A program made the translations under genes and the position numbers. 64,000 nt of DNA, from positions 4,320,001 to 4,384,000 of the forward strand of contig OZ244207.1 in NCBI GenBank assembly GCA_965216875.1, in the 5' to 3' direction. This stretch comes from Rubripirellula sp. (GTDB lineage Bacteria > Planctomycetota > Planctomycetia > Pirellulales > Pirellulaceae). This document shows positions 19,305 through 29,626 of this stretch, piece by piece. Under the pieces are notes generated by a model. The model did no database searches. It saw only the letters and a list, made by a program, of their open reading frames with translations, and was not told the DNA's origin. Each line of letters opens with the position of its first letter. Within the stretch, counting starts at the first letter, position 1.

Positions 19305-20495
19305 ATGTCACACTCATCAAAACGAAGAGCATTCACGCTCGTTGAACTGCTTGTAACGGTTGCCATCCTGGGCATCATCAGCGGCATGCTGTCGATCGCG
19401 GTTGGGGGTGCTCGCCGGCAAGCTCAAGAGACGCGTGGACGGGCATTGATCGATCGCCTGAATCTGTTGATGCTCGAAATCTATGAGAAGGAATCTGAGC
19501 GGCGTGTCGATCTTCCAGCAGACTCCTTAAGTCAGGCACACCGCAACTTTTCTCAGTTGCTATGGAAACGAGATTGGTTGCGAGCTGCACTGCCAGATCG
19601 CATCTCGGACGTTGACACGGTCAACCATCCGACACGCGCAATTCAGTTCCTGACTTCTTCGGCCGTCACGCCGATCAACCCGGGACTTCGTGACCTCAAG
19701 TCAAGCCAATTCCAAAACCGAGTGATTCGCACGCAGATTGCGTTGGGTCGAGTCAATCCGAGTGCTTCCGTTGCAGCTCAATGGGCAGCGATCGTCACCG
19801 ATGATCCGACCACCACGAGTGGTCCTCCTGATCCTTTATGGTCGGTCACCCATCAAAGCGCCGAATGCCTCTATCTGATTCTTGCCACCCAAACGATTAA
19901 TGGCACACCGGCATTGCAATCGCTGACTCCACGTGACATTGCCGATACCGACGGCGACGGAATGCCCGAGATCGTCGACCCGTGGAAGAACCCTGTCGGA
20001 TTCATGCGTTGGCCCGTCGGATATTCATTGACGCCGCGTTGGAATGATCCGCCAACGTGCCCGGGAAGCCACCCATCGCAGCCGGAACAATGGGACGAAC
20101 TCGCCGAGATCAAGCGGCGACTCGGTCGTGAACCACTCGACTTGCTTTACAGCGATCCCCGTTACTCTTCCAGCGCGACCCGCAATCACGAAGCGGACGA
20201 CCCGTTTCCTGTTGTTCCCATGATCATCTCGGCTGGCAGCGACAAGGTGTTTGACATTCAAGGACTCGAGTTGGGCGAGGAGTCAACACACGTCTACCAA
20301 GACATGTACCAAAGCAGTCCACCCTCGGGAGGATACGTCGCCAACTTCTACGCAGTCGATCCGTTCCTCATTCAAACGAATGGTGACTACACACTGATTG
20401 AAGACCAATACGGCGCGAGAGTGGACACCCTGCTGCATGCCGGCACAAACAACACATCAGACAACATCGTGCCCGCACTCACGTTCGAGCGCTAA
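19305..20495 (+). CDS. Large prepilin-type protein (about 396 aa)
   Basis: KRRA|FTLVELLVTVAILGIISGML; DTDGDGMPEIVDPWKNP; MIISAGSDKVF. Confidence 0.9.
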   Translation: MSHSSKRRAFTLVELLVTVAILGIISGMLSIAVGGARRQAQETRGRALIDRLNLLMLEIYEKESERRVDLPADSLSQAHRNFSQLLWKRDWLRAALPDRISDVDTVNHPTRAIQFLTSSAVTPINPGLRDLKSSQFQNRVIRTQIALGRVNPSASVAAQWAAIVTDDPTTTSGPPDPLWSVTHQSAECLYLILATQTINGTPALQSLTPRDIADTDGDGMPEIVDPWKNPVGFMRWPVGYSLTPRWNDPPTCPGSHPSQPEQWDELAEIKRRLGREPLDLLYSDPRYSSSATRNHEADDPFPVVPMIISAGSDKVFDIQGLELGEESTHVYQDMYQSSPPSGGYVANFYAVDPFLIQTNGDYTLIEDQYGARVDTLLHAGTNNTSDNIVPALTFER

Positions 20496-20520
20496 ACCGA
20501 GGAACCGACTGGACGAGCTG

Positions 20521-21924
20521 ATGCCTTTTCTACGCAAAATCGAATCGCCGCCACATCGAGGCATGACGCTCGTCGAGTTACTCGTCGTGCTTGCGGTCGT
20601 CACTGTCCTCGCCGGAATTGCCCTTCCTGGTGTGAAGGGGACACTTCGTGAACAACGCGTTAAACGCGCCGCCTCGCAAGTCCAAGCGTTCATCGAAGAT
20701 GCGCGGGCACGAGCGATTGCCTCGGGCGGTGGTGGCGTCATCATCGATCGAATTGGATCGGCCAACATCGGTGAACGATCACAAGCGATACGAATGCGTT
20801 TGGCCAAAGTCCCTCCGCCGTATTCGGGCGACACCGGTCTGGCAAAGTGCACCGTTCTTGTTCGCCGTGTCCAGCCGACAGCTCCGACAACGTTGCCTAA
20901 CGACTCGGCACAACTCGACGAGATCTCGCTTTGGTTCGATGCAACCGCAGTGCAAATGCGGCGATCAGCGGCTGACTTGATTGAAGATCCGCCTATCACA
21001 CCCACGTTGATCAACATCGGTGATGTTGTGCACCTGGGTGACGCGGGCCTGCCGCTTCGAATTACCGGTATCTTTCGTGGCACCAATGCACTGGCGGCCA
21101 ACTTCGATCCCGGTGGCCCCCCAACCGAGTTTCCGCAAGCGGAAGTCACCGCCGGGACGATCGGCAACTTCACCGTCGCTTTGGTCGAACGGGTGGAACC
21201 GAACACGAATATGCGACGCTACCATCGCCAACCGACATCGTTCGTCGTCCATCGGCGGCCACGACCTGCGATTGCGATGCCCGCGAACCTTCCTGAAGGG
21301 ACCTCGATCGATTTGACGGTTTCGGGAATTGGGCGGCACGGCAATGAGTTTTCGCCAATGGAAATCTCCGGCAACTACGTCCGCCCTAATGCATCGGACG
21401 CTCTGACCGCTGCACTGAATCCCTATAGCTCGGTCGACCCAAGCAACCCAACGTTGCGATACGAGTACCAGTCGATCTGGATCATGTTTGGAAGTCGTGG
21501 TGAAGTGACCGAAGTCTATTCAAGTGTCACGCCGACGACTCCGCCAAGGATCCGAATTGGAAATACCGTCACGCCCGCGGTCGTCCCCGTGCTCGCACCG
21601 ATTCCCGTCACCGGGGACATTCACTTTCTCGTGGGACGCGCCGGTCAGGTCAAAACGAACCCGACCGAGCAGCTCGAAGACGATGACCCCGATCCGTTTG
21701 CGGACGAAGCCAAAGATGGACGCACACCTTTGCTCGATCCCGACAGTGTCTGGGTGACGATCAAATCACGCTCCGGTGAAGTGCTCGCTTCACCGTGGAC
21801 CGAACCATTTATTGCTGCCCCCGCAGCAACCGTGACCGACGCGAACCATCGCACTCGATTGCGAAACGTGATTGGCCGCGCACGTGAACTTGCCGTCAAG
21901 TCGCGCGACGGAGGCTCGCTGTAA
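20521..21924 (+). CDS. Large prepilin-type protein, FimT/GspH-like (467 aa)
   Basis: HRG|MTLVELLVVLAVVTVLAGIALP; AASQVQAFIEDARARAI; IMFGSRGEV; start ATG 20521. Confidence 0.88.
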   Translation: MPFLRKIESPPHRGMTLVELLVVLAVVTVLAGIALPGVKGTLREQRVKRAASQVQAFIEDARARAIASGGGGVIIDRIGSANIGERSQAIRMRLAKVPPPYSGDTGLAKCTVLVRRVQPTAPTTLPNDSAQLDEISLWFDATAVQMRRSAADLIEDPPITPTLINIGDVVHLGDAGLPLRITGIFRGTNALAANFDPGGPPTEFPQAEVTAGTIGNFTVALVERVEPNTNMRRYHRQPTSFVVHRRPRPAIAMPANLPEGTSIDLTVSGIGRHGNEFSPMEISGNYVRPNASDALTAALNPYSSVDPSNPTLRYEYQSIWIMFGSRGEVTEVYSSVTPTTPPRIRIGNTVTPAVVPVLAPIPVTGDIHFLVGRAGQVKTNPTEQLEDDDPDPFADEAKDGRTPLLDPDSVWVTIKSRSGEVLASPWTEPFIAAPAATVTDANHRTRLRNVIGRARELAVKSRDGGSL

Positions 21925-21926
21925 CG

Positions 21927-23435
21927 ATGTGGAACGACAACATGCAACAGCAACGACTCTTACGCCGAGCGGGCGTGACCTTAATGGAAACGATCTTCGC
22001 GATCGGAGTCATCTTGGTTGGTCTGCTCGGGCTGGCTGCGTTGATTCCCATCGCGGCTGACAATGCCAAATCAACCTTGCAACTTGACCAGAGCGTCAGT
22101 GACGCGACGTCAGTTGCGGCGGCCGGCGTTGCCCGAGACTTGTTTAGTCTTGATACGCTCGTGATCTATGACAAGTTTTCGCCACCGGCCTTTTCTCCAG
22201 CACGCGCCAACCCAACGTTCTATGGTTTCGCACCGTCAAGTCAGTTGCAAACCCTGCGTTGGAAACTGACCGAACAGAGCCAACACACCAGACCGCTTCT
22301 CGATAACAGCGCTCCGGAAGAGTTCTATGGAAAACTCGAGAGCCCCGGTTATGGTCACCACGGACAAGGCTCGGGTTTGACATCGGGCATTTGCATTGAC
22401 CCCTATGCACTACCTGCCCCGTCGCTCATTGGCGGAACCATCGCTGGTGGACTTCCTGATCCAAATGCGGGCACGCCTTGCGCGTTTGACTACAGCCGAT
22501 TCCCCTACTTCACGGAACGCTACAACCCGCTGTTTCCGCCGAACGAGGAAATCACTACATCCACCTTGCCGCCAACCTGGCCAATGTCGCCCCGCATGTA
22601 CCGTGCGACGCTTGCCTCAACATTGCAAAACGATGCAATCACGCCCGTGACCGAACGCGAGCTGGTCGCACGCGCCACACTCGAACGAATCTTCGAAGGA
22701 CTCGCGGGGCTGAGTCAGCTGAAAGGGCAAGAATCAGACGACCCTGGAGCCGTCTTGTTGAGCCGCACCCGCGTTGGCACAAACTTCATCGACACGGGTC
22801 GCAGCAGCAGCTCGGAGTACAAGTGGTTTGTCACGCTCGCGCCGCCCATCAATGGTGGCAACACGTTTCGTCAATCCATCGTGGTGGTGCGTGATCGCCT
22901 GCCTCAAATCCCAAGACAAGCCGGTGACCCCAACGGTCTGAACACCGAAGCGCACACCGTCGGTCAAGCGGAAGACAATCCCGCTGAGGAACGCTTGACT
23001 TGGATCGGTCAATCGATCGGTTTCACCGGCGGAGCAGGCGGTGAAGTGCTGATGTACGGAACGCAGGGTGTGATCAACGAGCTCAAAACAAACGAGTGGG
23101 TGATGCTTTCGCGTCAACCTTCGATCGGCACAACTCCAACAGGCCCAGCCGTTCACAGATGGTATCGAGTCCTGTCAGTGAGTGATGCCGAAGTTGGATC
23201 CATTGCGCCACCGCCTCCTGCCACTCCGCCAGCCGGATCGTTGGTCGAACCGAATTGGATTGATGGAACCACACCCGCCGTCTGGCGGCGCTGGGTCACG
23301 TTAGCCGGTCCTGATTGGGACTTTGGTTTGAGTGACAACAACAGCTCGGACGCGAACACACAAGCCAACGACACCTTCTGCACCATCGTTGATGGTGCGG
23401 TCTCGGTGTTGCAATCCGAGGTTGTGCTCGAGTGA
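21927..23435 (+). CDS. Large prepilin-type protein, PilV/GspI-like (502 aa)
   Basis: RRAG|VTLMETIFAIGVILVGLLGLAALIP. Confidence 0.85.
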   Translation: MWNDNMQQQRLLRRAGVTLMETIFAIGVILVGLLGLAALIPIAADNAKSTLQLDQSVSDATSVAAAGVARDLFSLDTLVIYDKFSPPAFSPARANPTFYGFAPSSQLQTLRWKLTEQSQHTRPLLDNSAPEEFYGKLESPGYGHHGQGSGLTSGICIDPYALPAPSLIGGTIAGGLPDPNAGTPCAFDYSRFPYFTERYNPLFPPNEEITTSTLPPTWPMSPRMYRATLASTLQNDAITPVTERELVARATLERIFEGLAGLSQLKGQESDDPGAVLLSRTRVGTNFIDTGRSSSSEYKWFVTLAPPINGGNTFRQSIVVVRDRLPQIPRQAGDPNGLNTEAHTVGQAEDNPAEERLTWIGQSIGFTGGAGGEVLMYGTQGVINELKTNEWVMLSRQPSIGTTPTGPAVHRWYRVLSVSDAEVGSIAPPPPATPPAGSLVEPNWIDGTTPAVWRRWVTLAGPDWDFGLSDNNSSDANTQANDTFCTIVDGAVSVLQSEVVLE

Positions 23436-23504
23436 TTGACTCAGTCTCGTGACCTTTCTCTTCTTCGTTTCTCGCTGACCTGTGCACCACACAGGGAGTG
23501 AACC

Positions 23505-26500
23505 ATGAACCTACGCAACTCATCAAACGACATGCGTATCACATCTGCATCTCAACAACGCCGCGGTATCGTGCTGCTGGTCGTCCTGGGAATGCTGACT
23601 CTCTTCAGCATGCTGGCGGTTTCGTACTTGGTTTTTTCAGCCAGGCACAAATCGGCCGCCGAAGCGATGAATCGCGCCGAAACCTCCGCCATTGATTCGG
23701 GGTCGCTGCTTGACCAAGCGATGAACACCGCTTTGGTTGGTTCCAATGGGCCATCGAGCGCCTTGTGGGGACATTCGCTGCTAGGCGACCTTTACGGGAT
23801 GCGCGACGGCGTCGCCAGTGAACTCACCATTCCTTCGGCCTACGCGCACGCTGGTAACAATGACATCGCCCCCGCGGCGCTGCTGGACGGAAATTTCATT
23901 CGCTTCCCTACGGAACTCTTTCGAAGCGGGTCAAACACCTATCCATTCCGTCGAAATGAACCGGGACGCCCACAACGCGAATACCCCGCATCGGCGAGTC
24001 CGTCTTTTCCAATTGACGATCAAGTGACTGGTCGATTGCTGACTTTCCGAGAAGGTCCACTCGCCAACTTGACGATGGAGATTGTCCGCTACTTTGGCAA
24101 TCACTTGAACTTACCCGCGACCAACCCGCGCCGTGGCCTGAGTGGGCAAGTCGTCGTCGACGTACGTCCCCACTTGAACACTCAGATCGAACTCAACGGG
24201 CGAACGCTGACGTTGCGTGAGTGGATCAATCTTGCTGCCACCACGTCGTTCACGATTTCGGAGTTGTTCTACGACCAAAATGCAATCGCCGGAAGCAGCG
24301 CAGTTCCGTTGTCGGACTTTTACGTCAATGGTCGCATCCTGAACGGCCCCGGACTTGGCTGGGATCACGTCCGTGATAGCGCCATGACGGTGACAACCAT
24401 GGAACACAATCTCAACGATGTTGTCTCGACAACGGTTGAGTTGTTTCCGACTCCTTCAGGTCCAGCCACTGGTCGCTCGGGAGTCAACTTCAGCAACGCC
24501 AACGGACGTGACCTGCCCGTCGCTTTGCAGGGCCACTATGGGCTGCACCGACTTGATCCAGCCAACAACTCGACCATCGATGACTTTATCAATGACCTTC
24601 CCCCAGGAGATGTTGACGAGGGCTTCGATGCGCCCACCTATGACGACCTGTGGTTGAGCTACTTCCCCAATGATCCGGAACTTGGTCAGGCAACACCCTC
24701 ATTTGTTCGCCCGGCGCTCATCAACTGGCTGATCAACCAGAAGGGCGATCTGACCATGCTGTCACAGCAAGAGCGCACTTCGATTCTGCGAGCGATTCAG
24801 CGCAGCACATTGCGTCCACTTCCAATCTCGAACAGTAGCGGAACGATCCCGAACGCGAGTACCGGGACGTACACTCTCAATTTCTCAGAGTTCACTGGTA
24901 GTAATGGCTTGCTTGGCCCCGGCGCCACCACATTGGGAACTTTGCCAATCGATCCAACGTCGGTGACAGCCGCTCAAATCCTTCGAATCGCACGAGCCTT
25001 GGCTGGGTCTGACTCCAACGGCGACGGTATTCCGGATAGTTGGGACGTCGACACCGATGGTGACGGAATCCCTGATTCCGTTTGGGTCGATAGCGGACTT
25101 GCGTTGATCGAGTCGCCCGAAGGCCAACTGATCAAACCGATGGTCGCCTACAAGATCGAGGCGTTGTCGGGTCGCGCAGATGTGAATCGTGCGGGCAACA
25201 CTGCCCAGGCGATCAACCAAATCAACGCAACGGTTGCAAACACCGTCGGTCCCGTTCAACAGAATTCGCCCACTGGAACGCCCGCGGTGAATCCCGCCAC
25301 GGTGCCGAACGCTTACATTCAAAACGATGTCCCATCAGGGTTTGGATACGGCCCCGCTGAAATCGATCTCCGCGCAATCTTCCTACCCCAGTACGCCACT
25401 GGGAACGGAATGCGTGAACTCATGAAGCTCCGATACAACCAATTCGATTTCGGTGCTCCAGTGGTCAATTATTACTCGCCCGGCGAGCATTACACTCAGC
25501 TGACCGGTTCGTCCAACGACCTGCTTGGCCGTTTCCGACATCCTTCGCGTCCCAACTTTTTTGCCCCGGACACACGTCACGGCCTTCCCTATGACCCGCA
25601 TGGTCGAGCCACCGTCGCGCTCGGTGTTGACGGCGGCCTGATGGTGAATCGCTCTTCCTACCGTGTCGGGAATTCGGGCCCCAGTAATCTTGGCCCCACG
25701 GGCGGCCAGATCAACGACGACCCCTACGAGATTGTGTTCAACGCATCGACGGCTCCCGACGCAACACTCAAGTATGCCGACCTTGAACCTGTCTTGCGAT
25801 TCAATGATTACGATCGCGATCTGCTTGGAAGCCGTTTGGTCGATTTGATCAATAACTATCACGCAGATCCATCAGCCGTCCCCGATCAGCTCGAAGCTGT
25901 GCGCAAGTTGTTGGCCGATTCGGTCACCACCAGCAGCAGTTCTGCGGCAACCGTGACCGGACTCCTGCCATCGGAATGGCGTAATTCAACGGCTGCTTCG
26001 CAAGGCGCGTTCTCGGCCAACAATGTTTTCTGGGCCAATATCGCGGGAGCGAACGCCGCTCAACGTAATGCACGGATGTGGGAGTTGCTCGCACCCGAAC
26101 TGCGTCGTGGAAGCAAATTCAACCTGAACCGTCCGTTCGAAAACGGAGTGGATGACGATGGAGACGGCGTCATCGACGACCCCGAAGAGATCGGAAACAT
26201 TGCGCCCTCTCCAGCACCCCCGCGAGTCTTCTACAACGGAACGCGTTGGGCAACCGATCGTCATGATGTCACGCCAGCGGAACCGGGCCGCAACAGCCGC
26301 GAGACCTTTGCACGCCACCTGTACTTCATGGCATTGAGCCTGATTCGCGATGCCAATGGTGGTACCGAATTTGACTTCCCCCATGACCCGTCAATCGTCC
26401 CTGGTGGCTTCGCGGGCATCGGCGGTTTGACGTTCCAACAGGAATACAACGCTTGGAAGATCGCCCAGTGGGCCATCAATGTGGTCGACTTCCGCGACCA

Positions 26501-29500
26501 AGACGGGATCATGACTCGCTTCCGATATGACCCCAACCCGTTTGACGGCTGGGACGTCGATACCTCGGACCCCACGACCTACCGAACCGTCTGGGGAATG
26601 GAACATCCCGAGCTGACGCTGGACGAGTCCCTTGCATTCCATGATCGCCGTTTGCGTGACACGGCGGAAGACACGACCATGCAACGTCGGATCTCCGGCG
26701 GCACTTTCCAAGACGATGACCCGGACCAGTGGCGAATTCCTCAGGGCAGCCTGTTCCTTGAAGTTCGATCAACGCGTTCTCCGCAGGAACTTCTCAATCC
26801 ACCTGCTTCCGTCAACGATGACCTCCGCGCAACCCGTTGGGCCGCCCCGGTCGAGCTGTACGAACGCGTCAACAATCCGGTCACAGGCGTTGACGAACTC
26901 GTTCTGCAATTGGACCTCGAAGCTCCCGACATGAACCCCGTCTGGCGCGTCGCGATTAGCGAGATCCACGAGGGCACGTCGCCTGCAGCACGCCCTGAAC
27001 GCTGTCCCGACTTTTTGTTCAAACCTGCTGGCAGCTTGCTGCCAACCGACACCAATGCAGGAGGTGTTAACCTCAATCGAGAAACAACGATTCCTGAGCC
27101 GAACCAACCCAACTTTTTCGAAGCACCGGTTGCCGGTGGCATTGAACGAGTCATTTGGTTCACCAATCGCGACCCCGATGCCGATGCCGATGGCACGGTC
27201 GACTTCACGGTCCCCGCCGACTCAGCCGAAGTGGGCCGCATCTTCTACAACCGTTTCACAACGACCGACTATTCCACGGTGACCGGTGGTGGCGCAGCCC
27301 TGCGTGGTGGCCAATACGCTGTCATCGGACCACGCCAAATCACACCGCTTGGCTCCCTTGAAACCCATGCCACTTCAGGCCCAACGCTGGATGCAAACAA
27401 CGCGCCTCAAGTCAATTACACCGACTACGAGTCGACTCAGCGGATCGGCATCACCGCTGGCGGGTTGGCGATGACTGACATCGCTGGCAATGCAACAACC
27501 CCCACGGCAGACAATGGTACAGGCGTTGCCAACGCAACCATTCAAGCACCACTCGGTGTGGTTGCCGCTGCAAATGCTCCGCTGAGTTGGGGTGGTGGAC
27601 AAGTGGGCGTCAATGTTTCGGAACCACTGCCGTGGGCAACGCCAGACCTTGCTGCAACGCCCCCACGACGATACTACCCACAACCGACACGATCGCTTGA
27701 CCCAACACAGGGGTATCCCGTCGACAGCTACTACGACTATTCGAACGCAATGGGGCAACTCCCTGACACGCCGTTTGACTCCCAGACGTACGCTGAACTC
27801 GATCGTGCCTTTGGTGCCCTCGGGCAACAAACGGGAACGCGAACTCACTTCAAGACGGCTTACCTACAACGCTTGGCTGACCCCACCGAGGGCTATCATC
27901 CAACGGACAATCCTTACATCACCGTCGACTACATCGCGATTGACTTGACAGTCTTTAACGGCGCGATGACAAACGACCAAATCACCAACTCGGGCGGGAC
28001 AACCCAATGGCGTGACGAAGCCGACATGGATCCGTTCAACGCAGCACCTGCCGAACGATTTGCAACTCGCTACAAAACAGGAAGCAACTGGGATAACGAT
28101 TCGACGACGACTCAAGCGAATCAGATCTTCTCGATCAACACCTTTGCACCCGAGTTGAGCGATCCGCAGACCACGACCGGTGGCAACATCGCTTTCTTCA
28201 ATCACAAGTTGCATCTCGATCCACTCGTTGACCCTGACGCTGGCGGCACGGTCAACGCCACCGCCGACCGCACCGCTCACTCGAGCTCGCTCGGCTACCT
28301 CAACGCGTCGTTTGGTCAGCGTTGGGGCCAAGCCGGCACCGCGAACGCTTCGATGGGGCGGTACGTTGGATTGCCGTTCGATACCTTCGGTGCAAACGTC
28401 CAATGGCTCAATCGGGACTTCGTTTCGCCCATCGAATTGGCTTGGGTGCCAACCTCAGCTCCGGGGCGATTGGGTGCCGAGTTCGGCACAGCAACCACGG
28501 AATCGGGCATGCCAGCCTCGCCAGATCCGTATGACGATGCGAACAACAGTACCGCCACAACACTTGGCCGCTACGACTACAACCAACAGTTCCCACACCT
28601 GTGGAACTTTCTAAGCTCGAACGTGAATGACTTCAGCATGTCGCCCAACATGCTGAGAATTCTCGAGTGGGTTGAAGTACCGCCACCTTTTGATGCGGAC
28701 ATCGACTTTGTCTCTACCGACCAAGATGTCCTTGACCCAACGGTCCAACCCGTGTTCCCGGCGACCTGGAATTACGCAACCTTTGGCACAGCCCCATCGG
28801 CCAATCCCGAAACTTGGAACAACTCAGCTGGTCCACCGGGACAGAACGCCTTCTGGTTGAATCAAGTGACGACCGAAACGCTGCGTCCACCATTCAACAT
28901 TCGTTTCCCGAACTACCGGACGGGAATGGTGAACCTGAACGTGATCAAGAACAAGAACGTGTTCAAAGCGGTCATGAATGGGTTCTCGACATCTTCCGAG
29001 CGAGCGGGGGATGGTGCATTCTGGGACGACTTCATCGCCAGTCGCCGTGGTTACGCCACGCCAGCGGGTGATGCAACGGGCAGCAACCCGCTACACAGTT
29101 CGTTTAGCGCCTATTTCCCGACGCAACAGGCAGGTGCCTTCCGACCAGCGAATACTGCGGACGTTGGCATCTCATACTCGGCACCCACAGGCGCAACGGC
29201 ACCAGCGCCGCCCAATCCAATCATGCGTCGTGACCCCGTTCAAGGCACGATCCTGCGGAAGGGACCACTTGCCAACCGCATGCTGTTCCGCCGCGACCCC
29301 ACCATGGCTCCCGTGCTGAATGCCAACGCACAATCGCCCGAGAGAAGCGTGGTTCATCAACAACTGGGGGCCTCTCGCTTGGCAAACCTGACCTCGAACC
29401 AATCCAACATCTTTGCGGTTTGGATCACCGTCGGCTTCTTTGAAGTTGACCCATCCACTCTGCTTGTTGGGCCGGAGGTTGGTCTTGACCTCGGACAAAC

Positions 29501-29612
29501 TCAACGTCCGCGAGGATTCTACATCATCGACCGCAGCGTCCCCGTGATGTACCGACCAGGCGAGATCAACAACACCGAAGGCGTCATTCAACTGTCGCGA
29601 AAACTCAACTAG
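23505..29612 (+). CDS. Giant PilX/GspK-like prepilin-type protein (2035 aa)
   Basis: QRRG|IVLLVVLGMLTLFSMLAVSY (no Glu5); DxDGDG motifs; C-terminal LTSNQSNIFAVWITVGFFEV...RGFYIIDRS. Confidence 0.85.
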   Translation: MNLRNSSNDMRITSASQQRRGIVLLVVLGMLTLFSMLAVSYLVFSARHKSAAEAMNRAETSAIDSGSLLDQAMNTALVGSNGPSSALWGHSLLGDLYGMRDGVASELTIPSAYAHAGNNDIAPAALLDGNFIRFPTELFRSGSNTYPFRRNEPGRPQREYPASASPSFPIDDQVTGRLLTFREGPLANLTMEIVRYFGNHLNLPATNPRRGLSGQVVVDVRPHLNTQIELNGRTLTLREWINLAATTSFTISELFYDQNAIAGSSAVPLSDFYVNGRILNGPGLGWDHVRDSAMTVTTMEHNLNDVVSTTVELFPTPSGPATGRSGVNFSNANGRDLPVALQGHYGLHRLDPANNSTIDDFINDLPPGDVDEGFDAPTYDDLWLSYFPNDPELGQATPSFVRPALINWLINQKGDLTMLSQQERTSILRAIQRSTLRPLPISNSSGTIPNASTGTYTLNFSEFTGSNGLLGPGATTLGTLPIDPTSVTAAQILRIARALAGSDSNGDGIPDSWDVDTDGDGIPDSVWVDSGLALIESPEGQLIKPMVAYKIEALSGRADVNRAGNTAQAINQINATVANTVGPVQQNSPTGTPAVNPATVPNAYIQNDVPSGFGYGPAEIDLRAIFLPQYATGNGMRELMKLRYNQFDFGAPVVNYYSPGEHYTQLTGSSNDLLGRFRHPSRPNFFAPDTRHGLPYDPHGRATVALGVDGGLMVNRSSYRVGNSGPSNLGPTGGQINDDPYEIVFNASTAPDATLKYADLEPVLRFNDYDRDLLGSRLVDLINNYHADPSAVPDQLEAVRKLLADSVTTSSSSAATVTGLLPSEWRNSTAASQGAFSANNVFWANIAGANAAQRNARMWELLAPELRRGSKFNLNRPFENGVDDDGDGVIDDPEEIGNIAPSPAPPRVFYNGTRWATDRHDVTPAEPGRNSRETFARHLYFMALSLIRDANGGTEFDFPHDPSIVPGGFAGIGGLTFQQEYNAWKIAQWAINVVDFRDQDGIMTRFRYDPNPFDGWDVDTSDPTTYRTVWGMEHPELTLDESLAFHDRRLRDTAEDTTMQRRISGGTFQDDDPDQWRIPQGSLFLEVRSTRSPQELLNPPASVNDDLRATRWAAPVELYERVNNPVTGVDELVLQLDLEAPDMNPVWRVAISEIHEGTSPAARPERCPDFLFKPAGSLLPTDTNAGGVNLNRETTIPEPNQPNFFEAPVAGGIERVIWFTNRDPDADADGTVDFTVPADSAEVGRIFYNRFTTTDYSTVTGGGAALRGGQYAVIGPRQITPLGSLETHATSGPTLDANNAPQVNYTDYESTQRIGITAGGLAMTDIAGNATTPTADNGTGVANATIQAPLGVVAAANAPLSWGGGQVGVNVSEPLPWATPDLAATPPRRYYPQPTRSLDPTQGYPVDSYYDYSNAMGQLPDTPFDSQTYAELDRAFGALGQQTGTRTHFKTAYLQRLADPTEGYHPTDNPYITVDYIAIDLTVFNGAMTNDQITNSGGTTQWRDEADMDPFNAAPAERFATRYKTGSNWDNDSTTTQANQIFSINTFAPELSDPQTTTGGNIAFFNHKLHLDPLVDPDAGGTVNATADRTAHSSSLGYLNASFGQRWGQAGTANASMGRYVGLPFDTFGANVQWLNRDFVSPIELAWVPTSAPGRLGAEFGTATTESGMPASPDPYDDANNSTATTLGRYDYNQQFPHLWNFLSSNVNDFSMSPNMLRILEWVEVPPPFDADIDFVSTDQDVLDPTVQPVFPATWNYATFGTAPSANPETWNNSAGPPGQNAFWLNQVTTETLRPPFNIRFPNYRTGMVNLNVIKNKNVFKAVMNGFSTSSERAGDGAFWDDFIASRRGYATPAGDATGSNPLHSSFSAYFPTQQAGAFRPANTADVGISYSAPTGATAPAPPNPIMRRDPVQGTILRKGPLANRMLFRRDPTMAPVLNANAQSPERSVVHQQLGASRLANLTSNQSNIFAVWITVGFFEVDPSTLLVGPEVGLDLGQTQRPRGFYIIDRSVPVMYRPGEINNTEGVIQLSRKLN

Positions 29613-29626
29613 CCGAATCGACTGAA

